Under the pieces are notes generated by a model, which searched no databases, was not told the DNA's origin, and saw nothing but the letters and a program-made list of their open reading frames with translations. The position numbers and the translations under genes were made by a program. Below, one piece after another: positions 1 through 9,355 of a stretch of DNA of 64,000 nucleotides. This DNA comes from Candidatus Gastranaerophilales bacterium (GTDB taxonomy: Bacteria; Cyanobacteriota; Vampirovibrionia; Gastranaerophilales; Gastranaerophilaceae). The stretch covers positions 6,787-70,786 of the forward strand of contig CALUQH010000017.1 in NCBI GenBank assembly GCA_944322885.1, in the 5' to 3' direction. Position 1 is the first letter of the stretch. The number at the start of each line of letters is the position of its first letter.

Positions 1-53
1 CCCCTTACCCTCATATATTCCATTAATCCGCAACTTTATGTTATAATTTTTTT

Positions 54-428
54 ATGCTGAATATAATTTCAATATTTTTAGGCGGCGGAATTGGTGCTGT
101 TGTAAGATATCTTATAAGTTGTAATATGGCAAAATATTTTGAGATAAATCTTCCTGCCGCAACATTTTGTGTAAATATTATCGGATGTTTTATAATAGGT
201 TTTTTATATATTTTATTTATAGAAAAAGCAGAAATATCTCCCGCATTAAAACTGGCATTAACAGTAGGTTTTTGCGGCGGGTTAACAACATTCAGCACTT
301 TTTCGCTTGAACTTTTTGAAATGATTGGAAATCATCAGTTTTTTTATGCCTTTGCATATATAATTTTGAGTGTTACAATATGTTTATTAATGACAGTAAC
401 AGGAGCTTATCTTGCAAAACTTATTTAA
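54..428 (+). CDS. crcB: Fluoride efflux channel CrcB/FluC
   Basis: 124 aa, 4 TM; GGGIGAVVRY, NIIGCFIIG and GFCGGLTTFSTF motifs typical of CrcB. Confidence 0.95.
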   Translation: MLNIISIFLGGGIGAVVRYLISCNMAKYFEINLPAATFCVNIIGCFIIGFLYILFIEKAEISPALKLALTVGFCGGLTTFSTFSLELFEMIGNHQFFYAFAYIILSVTICLLMTVTGAYLAKLI

Positions 429-1254
429 ATTTGACAAACTTAATTTTATAACAGCCGGTATGCCCTTAAGAACGGGAAAGGGAAGTTATCCGGCAGCATT
501 TGATGTCCTAAAAGAAATGAAACTTGACGGAATGGAGCTTGAATTTGTTCACGGCGTAAGAATGAATGATGAACACAGGGCATTTGTAAAAGAACAATCT
601 AAAGATTTTGTAATTACAGCTCATGGCCCTTTCTATATTAATCTTAACTCCAAAGAAGAAGAAAAGATTGACGCAAGTGTTCAGAGAATTATAGATACGG
701 CTTCCGTAGCACAGCAGGCAGGGGCTTTCAGTATAACTTACCATGCAGCTTTTTATATGGGCGGGGATAAGCAGACTGTTTATAATCAGGTTAAAAAACA
801 GACGAAACGCATAATTGATGTTCTTGAGCGGGAAAAAATAAATGTCTGGGTCCGCCCTGAAACAACGGGAAAAGCTACACAATGGGGCGATATTGATGAA
901 ATTGTAAATCTCTCAAAAGAATTTGAGCAGGTTTTGCCCTGTGTTGATTTTTCACATCTCCATGCAAGAACTGCGGGGCAATATAATACTTATGACGAAT
1001 TTTCATATGTTCTTGAAAAAATCGGAAAAGAAATCGGCCAGTATGCACTCGAAAATTTCCACGGGCACCTTGCAGGAATTGAATATACAGCAAAAGGTGA
1101 GCGGCAGCACCTTAATCTTGAAGAATCAGATATGAACTATAAGGATTTGTTAAAAGTTCTGAAAGAATTTAATGCAAAAGGCGCGATAGTGTGTGAAAGC
1201 CCTAATATTGAAGATGACTGTAAACTTTTAAAAGACTTTTATACAGCTCTTTAA
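412..1254 (+). CDS. Endonuclease IV-like AP endonuclease (xylose isomerase-like TIM barrel)
   Basis: HGPFYINLNS, HAAFY, RPETTGK, DFSHLHAR, HQHL-type metal ligand pattern of Nfo/AP endonuclease family 2; overlaps crcB. Confidence 0.8.
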   Translation: MQNLFKFDKLNFITAGMPLRTGKGSYPAAFDVLKEMKLDGMELEFVHGVRMNDEHRAFVKEQSKDFVITAHGPFYINLNSKEEEKIDASVQRIIDTASVAQQAGAFSITYHAAFYMGGDKQTVYNQVKKQTKRIIDVLEREKINVWVRPETTGKATQWGDIDEIVNLSKEFEQVLPCVDFSHLHARTAGQYNTYDEFSYVLEKIGKEIGQYALENFHGHLAGIEYTAKGERQHLNLEESDMNYKDLLKVLKEFNAKGAIVCESPNIEDDCKLLKDFYTAL

Positions 1255-1623
1255 TTATTTAACGAGGCCTTCTGTTTCGTTGTACATAACCATATAAAAA
1301 TCAGGACTTGTCATGTTCGGATTTTTCTTCATAAATTTTTTTACGTCAAAATTCTCCAGATACTTATCCAGTTTTTTTTGAATTTTTTCATTGTCTTCGT
1401 GTTCGCTTTTTAGTCTGGCAATGTACTGATTTGTCATGGCTAAAACTTCGTCTTCCGTTAAAATAGGCTGGCCGCCGATTAAAACTTCATCCGGCTCATC
1501 TTCGTCAATATATTTTTTTAATTCTTCTTTGGGATCTTCTTTCTGCCGTCTGCCGTTGCTGTCAGATGAAGTCGATGATGAAATTGCTCTGTTTCCGAAA
1601 GGATTGTTAACACTGTTAAACAT
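1255..1623 (-). CDS. Hypothetical acidic protein (paralog of 1838..2224)
   Basis: ORF track 1255..1635; ATG at 1623 preferred (GAGG RBS 8 nt upstream); C-half similar to next gene. Confidence 0.7.
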   Translation of the reverse strand: MFNSVNNPFGNRAISSSTSSDSNGRRQKEDPKEELKKYIDEDEPDEVLIGGQPILTEDEVLAMTNQYIARLKSEHEDNEKIQKKLDKYLENFDVKKFMKKNPNMTSPDFYMVMYNETEGLVK

Positions 1624-1657
1624 AGGATGCCTCAAAGTTAATAATTTGCATGCTTTT

Positions 1658-1684
1658 AAAACGGATATAAATAAAAAAACTTTA
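1658..1684 (-). promoter_or_regulatory. sigma28/sigmaD-like promoter
   Basis: Minus strand TAAA-N15-TCCGTTTT upstream of the 1255..1623 gene. Confidence 0.5.
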
Positions 1685-1774
1685 ATTAATCATATAAATG
1701 AAGTATATATTAAATCCTTTCTAATTCGTAAATGGTTGGTGAGTGCCAGAATTTAATATCTCTTCACAAAAACT

Positions 1775-1802
1775 TAAAGATTTTTTTATAAATGTCCGTT
1801 AT
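1775..1802 (+). promoter_or_regulatory. sigma28/sigmaD-like promoter
   Basis: TAAA-N16-TCCGTTAT, 35 nt before ATG 1838. Confidence 0.55.
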
Positions 1803-1837
1803 ACCAATTGTAAAAAAATTACAGAAAGGATAGGTAT

Positions 1838-2224
1838 ATGGAAATTACAGGAGTAAACTCAAAAGCTTACACATCAGCTGCAGCTGCAGTGGAAGAAGAT
1901 GAAGAATTACAAGAAGCACAGGAAGAACAAACTCAAGAATACGGTGTTTCAGTAAAAGAAAAAGAAGAAAACGACAAAGCAGAATTTTCTTCTTCTGATT
2001 ATGATGAGGCAGACGTTAAGGAAAAAGCTGAAAATTATCTTAAAAACCTTATATTTGTTGGTGGTTTGACAGATGCATCAACAGCTGCCTTACAAAATTA
2101 TCTTAATACATTTGATGTTGCAAAATTTATTAAAGACTATGGCCCGTTTACATCAACATCCGAGATTTCAGCAGCTATGTATGCGGCTGTCGGAAGCTTG
2201 ATTAAACAGCAGGAAGATGAATAA
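1838..2224 (+). CDS. Hypothetical acidic protein (paralog of 1255..1623)
   Basis: 128 aa ORF, AAGGATAGG RBS, followed by terminator. Confidence 0.8.
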   Translation: MEITGVNSKAYTSAAAAVEEDEELQEAQEEQTQEYGVSVKEKEENDKAEFSSSDYDEADVKEKAENYLKNLIFVGGLTDASTAALQNYLNTFDVAKFIKDYGPFTSTSEISAAMYAAVGSLIKQQEDE

Positions 2225-2254
2225 AAAAAGAGGCTTAAAAAAGCCTCTTTTTTT
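2223..2254. terminator. Bidirectional intrinsic terminator
   Basis: A7-GAGGCTT-AAAA-AAGCCTC-T7 between convergent genes. Confidence 0.9.
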
Positions 2255-2269
2255 ATTATAAAACTAATC

Positions 2270-3829
2270 TTATTTCTTTTGAGATTTGTCCGCAATTTCA
2301 GAATCAACCCTTAAAAATACAGGTTTTATATCTTCTTTTGAGATTAATTTACCTGTCTTTATGTTGTCTGCTGTCAAATCATCCAATTTTGTTTTAAGGT
2401 TAAATGAAAGCTGGCGGGCCATATCAGCCGCAATGTTCGGACAGTAAGGATAAATAAGTGCACTGATAATACACATAATATCAAGAACATTTGTGAGCAC
2501 CTGACCGCATTCAATCATTTTTTCTTCTTTGGCAAGTGTCCATGGTGCATTGTCCTGAACGTATTTGTTTGCGGCATCTACAAGTGAAATAATTTCAAGC
2601 GACGCTTCCGCTATCTCAAAATTATCAAAATGGTTTTTTACTATCTGAACAGTGCCTAGTGCTTTTTTAGCAAGCGGATTTTCACCCTTGAATTCCGGTT
2701 TAACCTCGCCGTCAAAATATTTTACAAGCATAGAAAGGGTTCTGTTTAGTAGATTTCCCATGCTGTTTGCAAGGTGGGCATTAACTTTTTCTTTAAAGTC
2801 GTCATCCGAATAGTTTCCGTCGCGTCCGCAGGGAGCGGATGATGCCATATAGTATCTGAAAGCATCAGGATGTTCCAAATTGAAGCTTTCAAGCACAGAT
2901 GTCGGCGAAATTACGTTGCCTAAAGATTTTGACATTTTAGATTCGTCTATTGTAATCCATCCGTGCGCAAAGATATGTTTTGGCAAAGGTAAATCAAGTG
3001 CCATCAAAAATGCCGGCCAGTAAATACTGTGGAATTTCAGAATATCTTTTCCGATAACATGAACATCTGCAGGCCAGTATTTTTTGAAAGTATCGGAAGG
3101 GTTTTCCGTGTCAAATCCGAGAGCGGTAATATAATTTGATAAAGCGTCAATCCAAACATATATAGACTGTTCGCTGTCGCTTAAGACATCAATTCCCCAC
3201 TGAACATTTGATTTGGCGCGGGAAACAGATATGTCCTGAATATCTTCAAGCTGGTTTAAAACTTCGTTTGCTCTGAATTGTGGAACAATAAAGTCAGGAT
3301 GTTCTTTTATATATTTAATTAAAATATCTTTGTATTTTGTAAGTTTGAAGAAATAGTTTTCTTCTTTTACAACTTCAGGTTTTTTCAGGTGGTCGGGGCA
3401 AAGACCGTCTTCTGTTAAATCTTTCGGATTTAAAAAACATTCACATCCCTGACAGTATAAACCTTCATAGGAATGTTTGTAAATATCGCCCTGTTTAAGA
3501 AGTTTGTCAAAAATTTTCTGAACAATTTTTTCGTGGTCTTCATCGGTTGTTCTGATAAATTTTTTGTAATCAATATCTAAAGCCTTCCATGCGTCTTTAA
3601 ATTTTTGGGCATTCATATCGCAGAGTTCTTTAGGTGTAATCCCTTGCGCTGCTGCGGTTTTTTGAATTTTTATACCGTGTTCGTCAGTGCCTGTAAGAAA
3701 ATACACATCATCACATCTTTGTGTATAGTGTCTTGCAATAATATCCGTCAATATTTTTTCATAAGCGTGTCCGATATGCGGAGCGCCGTTTACGTAGTCT
3801 ATAGCCGTAGTAATATAGTATTTTTCCAT
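2270..3829 (-). CDS. metG: Methionine--tRNA ligase (short form, no C-terminal tRNA-binding domain)
   Basis: YYITTAIDYVNGAPHIGHAYE (HIGH), GTDEHG, YVWIDAL, KMSKS. Confidence 0.97.
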   Translation of the reverse strand: MEKYYITTAIDYVNGAPHIGHAYEKILTDIIARHYTQRCDDVYFLTGTDEHGIKIQKTAAAQGITPKELCDMNAQKFKDAWKALDIDYKKFIRTTDEDHEKIVQKIFDKLLKQGDIYKHSYEGLYCQGCECFLNPKDLTEDGLCPDHLKKPEVVKEENYFFKLTKYKDILIKYIKEHPDFIVPQFRANEVLNQLEDIQDISVSRAKSNVQWGIDVLSDSEQSIYVWIDALSNYITALGFDTENPSDTFKKYWPADVHVIGKDILKFHSIYWPAFLMALDLPLPKHIFAHGWITIDESKMSKSLGNVISPTSVLESFNLEHPDAFRYYMASSAPCGRDGNYSDDDFKEKVNAHLANSMGNLLNRTLSMLVKYFDGEVKPEFKGENPLAKKALGTVQIVKNHFDNFEIAEASLEIISLVDAANKYVQDNAPWTLAKEEKMIECGQVLTNVLDIMCIISALIYPYCPNIAADMARQLSFNLKTKLDDLTADNIKTGKLISKEDIKPVFLRVDSEIADKSQKK

Positions 3830-3856
3830 ATTTGTCCTTCTGTGTTTATTTTATTG

Positions 3857-3889
3857 CCTTCCCTCATGGGAGGTTTAGGGAGAGGGTTA
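3857..3889. repeat. Degenerate copy of the G-rich palindromic element found at 52.5-56.2 kb
   Basis: CCTTCCC-TCAT-GGGAGG-TTTA-GGGAGAGGG: hairpin plus GGGNGAGGG tail, intergenic. Confidence 0.55.
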
Positions 3890-3920
3890 ATCCTCTGCTA
3901 TTAAATTTTATCATAAAAAA

Positions 3921-5540
3921 TTATTTGTGTTTAAAGATTATGTACCTGAAACCGCTGTCAATTATTTTTTCTGATGTGTAATTGTTTTTTACAAACTCGC
4001 AAAAACCAAGCGCATAGTCCTGACAAATGTATTGGAAATAGTAATCTTTCATATTGAGGTTGTTGAAAATAATATATTCAGGCGGATTTTTTCTGTAATG
4101 TTCAATAATGTTCTCTTCACCGAAAGCTTCAATATACAAAGGAAGCAGGGAATTATAATAATCATCGGATTTTATTCCCGCAAGAAAGTTTACGGTCATT
4201 CCTTCGGGGAAAATTACTGCATTACCCTTTGAATTTTTAAGGTATTCAATAAGCTGATTTGTACTTTCTGCATAAAATTTTTGTGTAAAAATTGTTCCCT
4301 TATCCGTAGAAATTTCACACTGCGTTAGTTTAAGAGTGTTAAAATTAACAATCATTATAAAAATACAGGCAATAATAAAATAGATGCCTGTTGTTTTTTC
4401 AAGTTTTTTCGGAATATATGCGAAAAGAAGCGCAAGAAAAGCGGTTAAAAGTATTGATATATAATATGTTCCGTAACTTTGTAAAAGCAATACCCAAAAA
4501 ACTTTTGCACCTGCAGCGAGCGCTGATAACACGAGAATTAAAAGTTTTAAGTTGAATTTTTTATAACTGCATAGTGCAAATATTAGCAATAGTAAGGGTA
4601 AAAAGCCGAACGCGATTTTGAAATTGCCTGTGAAAAACCACAAAAATGAAAGCCATCCGATAACAGACAAGGCGATTGAACCGTATTTATTTTTATCAAA
4701 AAAATAAGCCCCGCCAAGAATTGCCCCGAACGGAATTACAAATTTTAAAAATAAAATAAAATCAGTAATTAAAACTTTCGGGTGAAAATAAATTCCGCTG
4801 TTCTGATAAAAATACATCAGAGTCTTGCTTTTAGCCATGGATTTTACAACGGCTAAAAAGCTTATTAAATCGGAAAATCTTAAACCCTGAATGAATAAAA
4901 TTCCGTAACTTATTACAGGCGCGCAGATAAAACTCAAAAGAGCCTTCCGGTTTTTCTCTTTTATGATAAAAAATAGGACGACTAACCCGTATAAGAGAAA
5001 ATCGTATTTGCATGTAATACAAATTCCCGCTAAAAATGAGCTTATGCAAAGGTCTTTATTTTTTCCTGTTTCGGTGAAATTTAGCAGGAAGTAAAGCGAA
5101 TACAAAAATGCAATCAAACCATACAAAACAGCCCAAGAATACGGAAAATGAAAATTAAATATTGCAGTAGTAGTAATTCCGACAGCAATCGTAAAAAGCC
5201 CGAGCGAAAAACTCAAAAACTTTGATAGAAACTTGCTTGCAATTAAATAAATTCCGCTTACCGTCAATAAAGAGCAAACAGCACCAATTCCGTACAGTGT
5301 TGAAAGTTTTGCTCCGAATATTGCATATAACACTGCATTAATCTGGTAAGCCAGCGGGCCGTAAATATTAAATAGATCTTTGTATAAAACTTTTCCCTCT
5401 AAAATTCTTTCGGGATAGTAAACTTCCCGTCCGAAATCTATTAAAATTCCCGAATAATGTCCGCAGAACAATATAAGCCCTAAAATGCACAATACCCATA
5501 AAATAATAAGGTATTTATTCTCTTTCAATATCCCTTTCAT
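3921..5540 (-). CDS. Polytopic membrane protein, probable GT-C fold glycosyltransferase
   Basis: DFGREVYYPERILEGKVLYKDLFNIYGPL loop after TM1, many TM helices, soluble C-terminal domain; ATG 5540 preferred over 5576. Confidence 0.6.
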   Translation of the reverse strand: MKGILKENKYLIILWVLCILGLILFCGHYSGILIDFGREVYYPERILEGKVLYKDLFNIYGPLAYQINAVLYAIFGAKLSTLYGIGAVCSLLTVSGIYLIASKFLSKFLSFSLGLFTIAVGITTTAIFNFHFPYSWAVLYGLIAFLYSLYFLLNFTETGKNKDLCISSFLAGICITCKYDFLLYGLVVLFFIIKEKNRKALLSFICAPVISYGILFIQGLRFSDLISFLAVVKSMAKSKTLMYFYQNSGIYFHPKVLITDFILFLKFVIPFGAILGGAYFFDKNKYGSIALSVIGWLSFLWFFTGNFKIAFGFLPLLLLIFALCSYKKFNLKLLILVLSALAAGAKVFWVLLLQSYGTYYISILLTAFLALLFAYIPKKLEKTTGIYFIIACIFIMIVNFNTLKLTQCEISTDKGTIFTQKFYAESTNQLIEYLKNSKGNAVIFPEGMTVNFLAGIKSDDYYNSLLPLYIEAFGEENIIEHYRKNPPEYIIFNNLNMKDYYFQYICQDYALGFCEFVKNNYTSEKIIDSGFRYIIFKHK

Positions 5541-5633
5541 ATTACAAAATTTAACAAATAAAAGATTAAAAAGCAATTTTTCGGCAAAAATATTTTTTAT
5601 ATAAATAAGTGTACAAAGGTAAAAGGTGGTACT

Positions 5634-6020
5634 ATGGCAATAGGTTGGGCAAATAATTTGGATTTACTGGCGCAAAGCGGTGTTTTGGATTTTGATGCAC
5701 CTGCTTACGTATTAGGTCAGCCGCCGAGATATGTAGGAAATCCCGGGCCTGTTACTCCGCTTGTTGACAATCCTCCGAGAGTTCCGGGCTTTGAACAGCC
5801 GAAAGTTGATGAATTTAAGCCGTCAAAGAATAATAATCTTGTCAAAACTCCTGCATGGAAAAAGTGGTTGTTCGGACTTGTTGCCGCCGGAGCATTGATT
5901 TTTACGGGATTTAAATTTAAATCTAAAATTGTTCCGTTTTTTAAAAATGCACCGGAAAAGGTTGGAAATTTTTTCTCAAAAGGATGGAAAAAATTCACAG
6001 GGCTTTTTAAGAAAAAATAG
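5634..6020 (+). CDS. Hypothetical protein, Pro-rich with a C-terminal TM helix
   Basis: 128 aa, AAGGTGG RBS, hydrophobic WLFGLVAAGALIFTGF. Confidence 0.75.
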   Translation: MAIGWANNLDLLAQSGVLDFDAPAYVLGQPPRYVGNPGPVTPLVDNPPRVPGFEQPKVDEFKPSKNNNLVKTPAWKKWLFGLVAAGALIFTGFKFKSKIVPFFKNAPEKVGNFFSKGWKKFTGLFKKK

Positions 6021-6032
6021 TAATATGAATGT

Positions 6033-7097
6033 TTAACTTATTTCTTCAGGCAAAAGACTAAATTCCTCTACCGTTGAGTAGTCTGTAGGAAGAACAAAGA
6101 CAATATGTTTTGATGTTGCCTTTTTATCCATCTGCATTAGTTCAATCATTTTTTCCTGATTAAATGGGGGAATTTCACGGAAATTGAATTTTTTTATTAC
6201 ATCATCAGCAAAAAATTTGTAGTTTTTATCAATCAAATTTCTCTTAACCGCGAGATTAAATGCGAATTTAAGCCCCTCAACAACGGCTTCACCGTGTGTG
6301 TATTTTTTGTAATTGGTAATTTTTTCGATTGCATGGCCGTAAGTGTGCCCGAAGTTTAAAATTTTTCTTAATCCGCTTTCTGTTTCATCTTTTTCAACAA
6401 CGGAAATTTTTAGTTTTACGCAGATTTCTATGAGTTTGGAAAGAGTTTTTTCATCACGGCTTAGAATATCTGAAGTTTTTTCGCTTAAAAAGTTTGTGAG
6501 GTTTAAATCTTCACCGCACCTGCAGCTTTTTTCAATAAAAGCGTATTTGACAACTTCACCCAGACCGCTTTTAAACTGCCTGTCATCAAGGGTTTTTAAA
6601 AATCCTGGATTGATAAAAACAGCATCGGGCTGATAAAACGAGCCTACGAGATTTTTTCCGTAATTTGTATCAATTGCCGTTTTTCCGCCGACAGAACTGT
6701 CAACACAGGCCAAAAGGGTTGTCGGTACCTGAATATAGCCTATACCTCTCATGTAAGTTGACGCTGCAAATCCTGCCATATCTCCGACAACGCCGCCGCC
6801 TATTGCAACAATTGCATCATGGCGCGTAAGTTTCATTTTCAGGGCTTTTTCAAGAATTCTTTTATAATTTTTGAAATTCTTTTCTTTTTCGCCGTCTTTT
6901 AATACAAATTTTTGAGATTTGTCAAAGCCTAGTTCTTTTCCGTATAGCTTTTCAACCTTTTCCGATATTACAACAAGAAAGTTTTTCCCGTTTAAAAAAG
7001 ATAAAATTTGTTTTTTTAATGCAGAAACCGTACAACTTTCTATAAAAATAGGATAGCTTTTATTTTCAGATTTAATATTAACTGACAGATTAATCAT
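6033..7097 (-). CDS. aroB: 3-dehydroquinate synthase
   Basis: GGGVVGDMAGFAASTYMRG, PTTLLACVDSSVGGKT, LNFGHTYGHAIE. Confidence 0.97.
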   Translation of the reverse strand: MINLSVNIKSENKSYPIFIESCTVSALKKQILSFLNGKNFLVVISEKVEKLYGKELGFDKSQKFVLKDGEKEKNFKNYKRILEKALKMKLTRHDAIVAIGGGVVGDMAGFAASTYMRGIGYIQVPTTLLACVDSSVGGKTAIDTNYGKNLVGSFYQPDAVFINPGFLKTLDDRQFKSGLGEVVKYAFIEKSCRCGEDLNLTNFLSEKTSDILSRDEKTLSKLIEICVKLKISVVEKDETESGLRKILNFGHTYGHAIEKITNYKKYTHGEAVVEGLKFAFNLAVKRNLIDKNYKFFADDVIKKFNFREIPPFNQEKMIELMQMDKKATSKHIVFVLPTDYSTVEEFSLLPEEIS

Positions 7098-7599
7098 TGA
7101 TTACCCCGAGAATTTCTTTGACGATATTATAGGGAGTTTTTCCGGTTGTGTCAATTGTGTGGTTTGCTTTCAGGTAATTTTTCTCTCTGTTTTTCATTAT
7201 ATTTTCAATTTTTTCAAGAGAAAAATTTCTTTTTAAAAGCGGTCTGTGGGTTTCGTTTTTTATTCTGTTGTAAATTTCGTCGGCTGCTGCTTTGAGATAA
7301 ATTACAACTCCGTTTTCAAGCATGATTTTACGGTTGTCTTCATTTTCAAAAGCTCCGCCTCCGGCACTGATTATTTTTTTCTCGCCAGTGCAGAATTTTT
7401 TTATTTTGTCTGATTCAAGCATTCTGAAAAAAGGCTCGCCATGTTTCAAGAAAATTTCCGAGATTTTTTTCTGTGTGCTTTTTTCAATCTCGCTGTCAAT
7501 ATCTATAAGAGAGTATTCAGGCAGCGTTTTAGAAAGCTCTTTACTCACTGTTGTTTTTCCGCTGCCCATCATGCCGATGAGGATTATATTTTTATTCAT
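7090..7599 (-). CDS. aroK: Shikimate kinase
   Basis: LIGMMGSGKTT, DIDSEIE, GEPFFR, GGG, RPLL; upstream of aroB. Confidence 0.95.
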   Translation of the reverse strand: MNKNIILIGMMGSGKTTVSKELSKTLPEYSLIDIDSEIEKSTQKKISEIFLKHGEPFFRMLESDKIKKFCTGEKKIISAGGGAFENEDNRKIMLENGVVIYLKAAADEIYNRIKNETHRPLLKRNFSLEKIENIMKNREKNYLKANHTIDTTGKTPYNIVKEILGVIND

Positions 7600-7618
7600 A
7601 AGAATATTTTACAATAAA

Positions 7619-7648
7619 AAAATACCTGTTTAACTAACAGGTATTTTT
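7619..7648 (-). terminator. Intrinsic terminator after ctpA
   Basis: AAAAATACCTGT-N6-ACAGGTATTTTT inverted repeat. Confidence 0.8.
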
Positions 7649-7666
7649 CTTATAAAATTTGTTTAT

Positions 7667-8890
7667 CTATTGAGCTGCAATTTCCTGACCATTTGTCATT
7701 TTGCTCAACACTTCTATTGCTTTTTTCAATTGAACATCGTTTTTATTTTTTACATCTTCTTCTGTCAGTTTAACTTCAATATCGGGTGTAATTCCTTTTT
7801 TGTTAATATCTGTTCCGTTAGGTGTCAGATATTTTTGGATTGTAATGTTTATGCCTGATTCATAAGGAAGTTTGTTGATTTCCTGAACAAGACCTTTACC
7901 GAAAGACTGCTCGCCGATAATGATTGCTCTGTGGTTGTCTTTCATTGCTCCCGAGAAGATTTCTGAAGCCGAAGCCGAACCTTTGTTAATCAAAACAACA
8001 ACCGGTTTGTTTGTATAAACTCCTGCAGCTGCTCTTTGAGTTTCTTTGTATCCGTCCCTGTCAACCGTGCTGACAATTGTTCCGCCGTCAAGGAACATAT
8101 CCGAGATATAAATAGCGTTTGTTAAAAGTCCGCCGGGGTTTGAACGGAGGTCGATAATAAACCCTTTTTTATCTCTGTTGTTGTTTAATATTGTTCCGAA
8201 TTCAGCTGTTGCATTTCTGCTGATAAAAGAGCTCAATCTGATATAGCATAAGTCATCGGGAACTTTGATATTTTCAGTCGGAATTTTTTGTGAAATTGAT
8301 TTAACTTCAATTTCAGCACGCGTAATAGTGTATAATTTCGGTTCCATTCCCGCACGTTTTACAAGAAGAGTAACTTGTGTACCTTCCTTACCTCTGATTT
8401 TATCGGCAGCTTTGTCAACAGTAATCCCTTTTGTGCTTACACCGTCTATTTCAAGGATTTCGTCATCAGCTTTCAATCCTGCTTTTTCCGCAGGGGTGTC
8501 TTCGATAGGCGCAATTACCATTAATTTGCCGTCTTTAACCCCGATTTGGATACCGATACCTTTCAGCGAACCTTTGATAGAACTTGTTTCTTCCGCAAAT
8601 TCTTTAGGATCCAAAAATTTTGTATAAGGGTCGTTTAAGCTTGCAACCATTGTATTGATTGCTACATAAGCGTCTTCATTTGTTTTAATCTGATTGTCAT
8701 ACTTGTGGCGCCATTTTGCCCAATCCTGCGAGTTGTTTGTCTGGTCGACAAATTTGGTATTAATCAATCTCCATACGTTGTCATACAAATCAATCGGGCT
8801 GTATGCAAATACGTTATCTCTGATTACCCAGCCTGACAGGAACAAAAATGCCCCGAAAAATATAATGCTTTTCTTCATAATGTTTCTCAT
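7667..8890 (-). CDS. ctpA: S41A C-terminal processing peptidase with PDZ domain
   Basis: LNDPYTKFL, GIGIQI PDZ, DLRSNPGGLL, SASASEIFSGA (Ser), FGKG (Lys). Confidence 0.93.
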   Translation of the reverse strand: MRNIMKKSIIFFGAFLFLSGWVIRDNVFAYSPIDLYDNVWRLINTKFVDQTNNSQDWAKWRHKYDNQIKTNEDAYVAINTMVASLNDPYTKFLDPKEFAEETSSIKGSLKGIGIQIGVKDGKLMVIAPIEDTPAEKAGLKADDEILEIDGVSTKGITVDKAADKIRGKEGTQVTLLVKRAGMEPKLYTITRAEIEVKSISQKIPTENIKVPDDLCYIRLSSFISRNATAEFGTILNNNRDKKGFIIDLRSNPGGLLTNAIYISDMFLDGGTIVSTVDRDGYKETQRAAAGVYTNKPVVVLINKGSASASEIFSGAMKDNHRAIIIGEQSFGKGLVQEINKLPYESGINITIQKYLTPNGTDINKKGITPDIEVKLTEEDVKNKNDVQLKKAIEVLSKMTNGQEIAAQ

Positions 8891-9054
8891 TCTTAAATTA
8901 TGTCCTCCAAATACTTCTAACCATTTTGTTGCACAACTTATTTTATTAGATGTAATTTTTCAAAAAAAGTTTCCGAAAAATTTTTTGGCTAAAAGTGTTT
9001 TTTAATAATATAATAACATAATTCTTTAAAAATGCTACATTATGAGTAAAAAAC

Positions 9055-9210
9055 TTATTTTTTTTCACTTCCAATCAGAAGATATGTAAGCAGATCAAGT
9101 CTTGAAAAAGCTTCGGTATAGCTTTCCAGTGTTATTTCCAGAGAATTTTTAATACTTTCGCGTGTAACTTCTATTGAAGTAATCATTTCTTTTTTCAAAT
9201 TTTTTTCCAT
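9055..9210 (-). CDS. Small 51-aa protein absent from the ORF track
   Basis: Hand translation MEKNLKKEMITSIEVTRESIKNSLEITLESYTEAFSRLDLLTYLLIGSEKK; GAGG RBS; homolog at 27608..27760. Confidence 0.75.
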   Translation of the reverse strand: MEKNLKKEMITSIEVTRESIKNSLEITLESYTEAFSRLDLLTYLLIGSEKK

Positions 9211-9304
9211 ATTTTAACCCTCATATTTTTACAAATTTATTATATAATAATATTTTAAAAAATCAATAAAAATGGAAATAAAATTAAAAATTGTTAAAAA
9301 ATAA

Positions 9305-9346
9305 TGTCAGTAAGGCTGATTTTCAGAAGTGTCAATATGGTTGATA
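9305..9346. promoter_or_regulatory. Tandem operator pair upstream of XRE gene 1
   Basis: TGTCAG-TAAGG-CTGATT at 9305 and TGTCAA-TATGG-TTGATA at 9330, 25 bp apart. Confidence 0.55.
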
Positions 9347-9355
9347 ATGAATTAC

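Noticed and set aside
1-14. CCCCTTACCC at the window start resembles the element decamer CCCCTCACCC
   Set aside because: The following CCCTCTCCCGCA/GGGGCGAGGG cores are absent; chance match or remnant, unsupported
1-53. Fluoride riboswitch expected upstream of crcB
   Set aside because: No GGCGATG...CTGATG-type core in the 53 nt available; it may lie outside the window
3605-3904. 99-aa plus-strand ORF ending LPSLMGGLGRG
   Set aside because: Antisense to metG; the tail is just the translated palindrome
5575-5605. GCCGAAAA on the minus strand as a sixth sigma28-like promoter
   Set aside because: The -35 position reads TTTA rather than TAAA at the proper spacing
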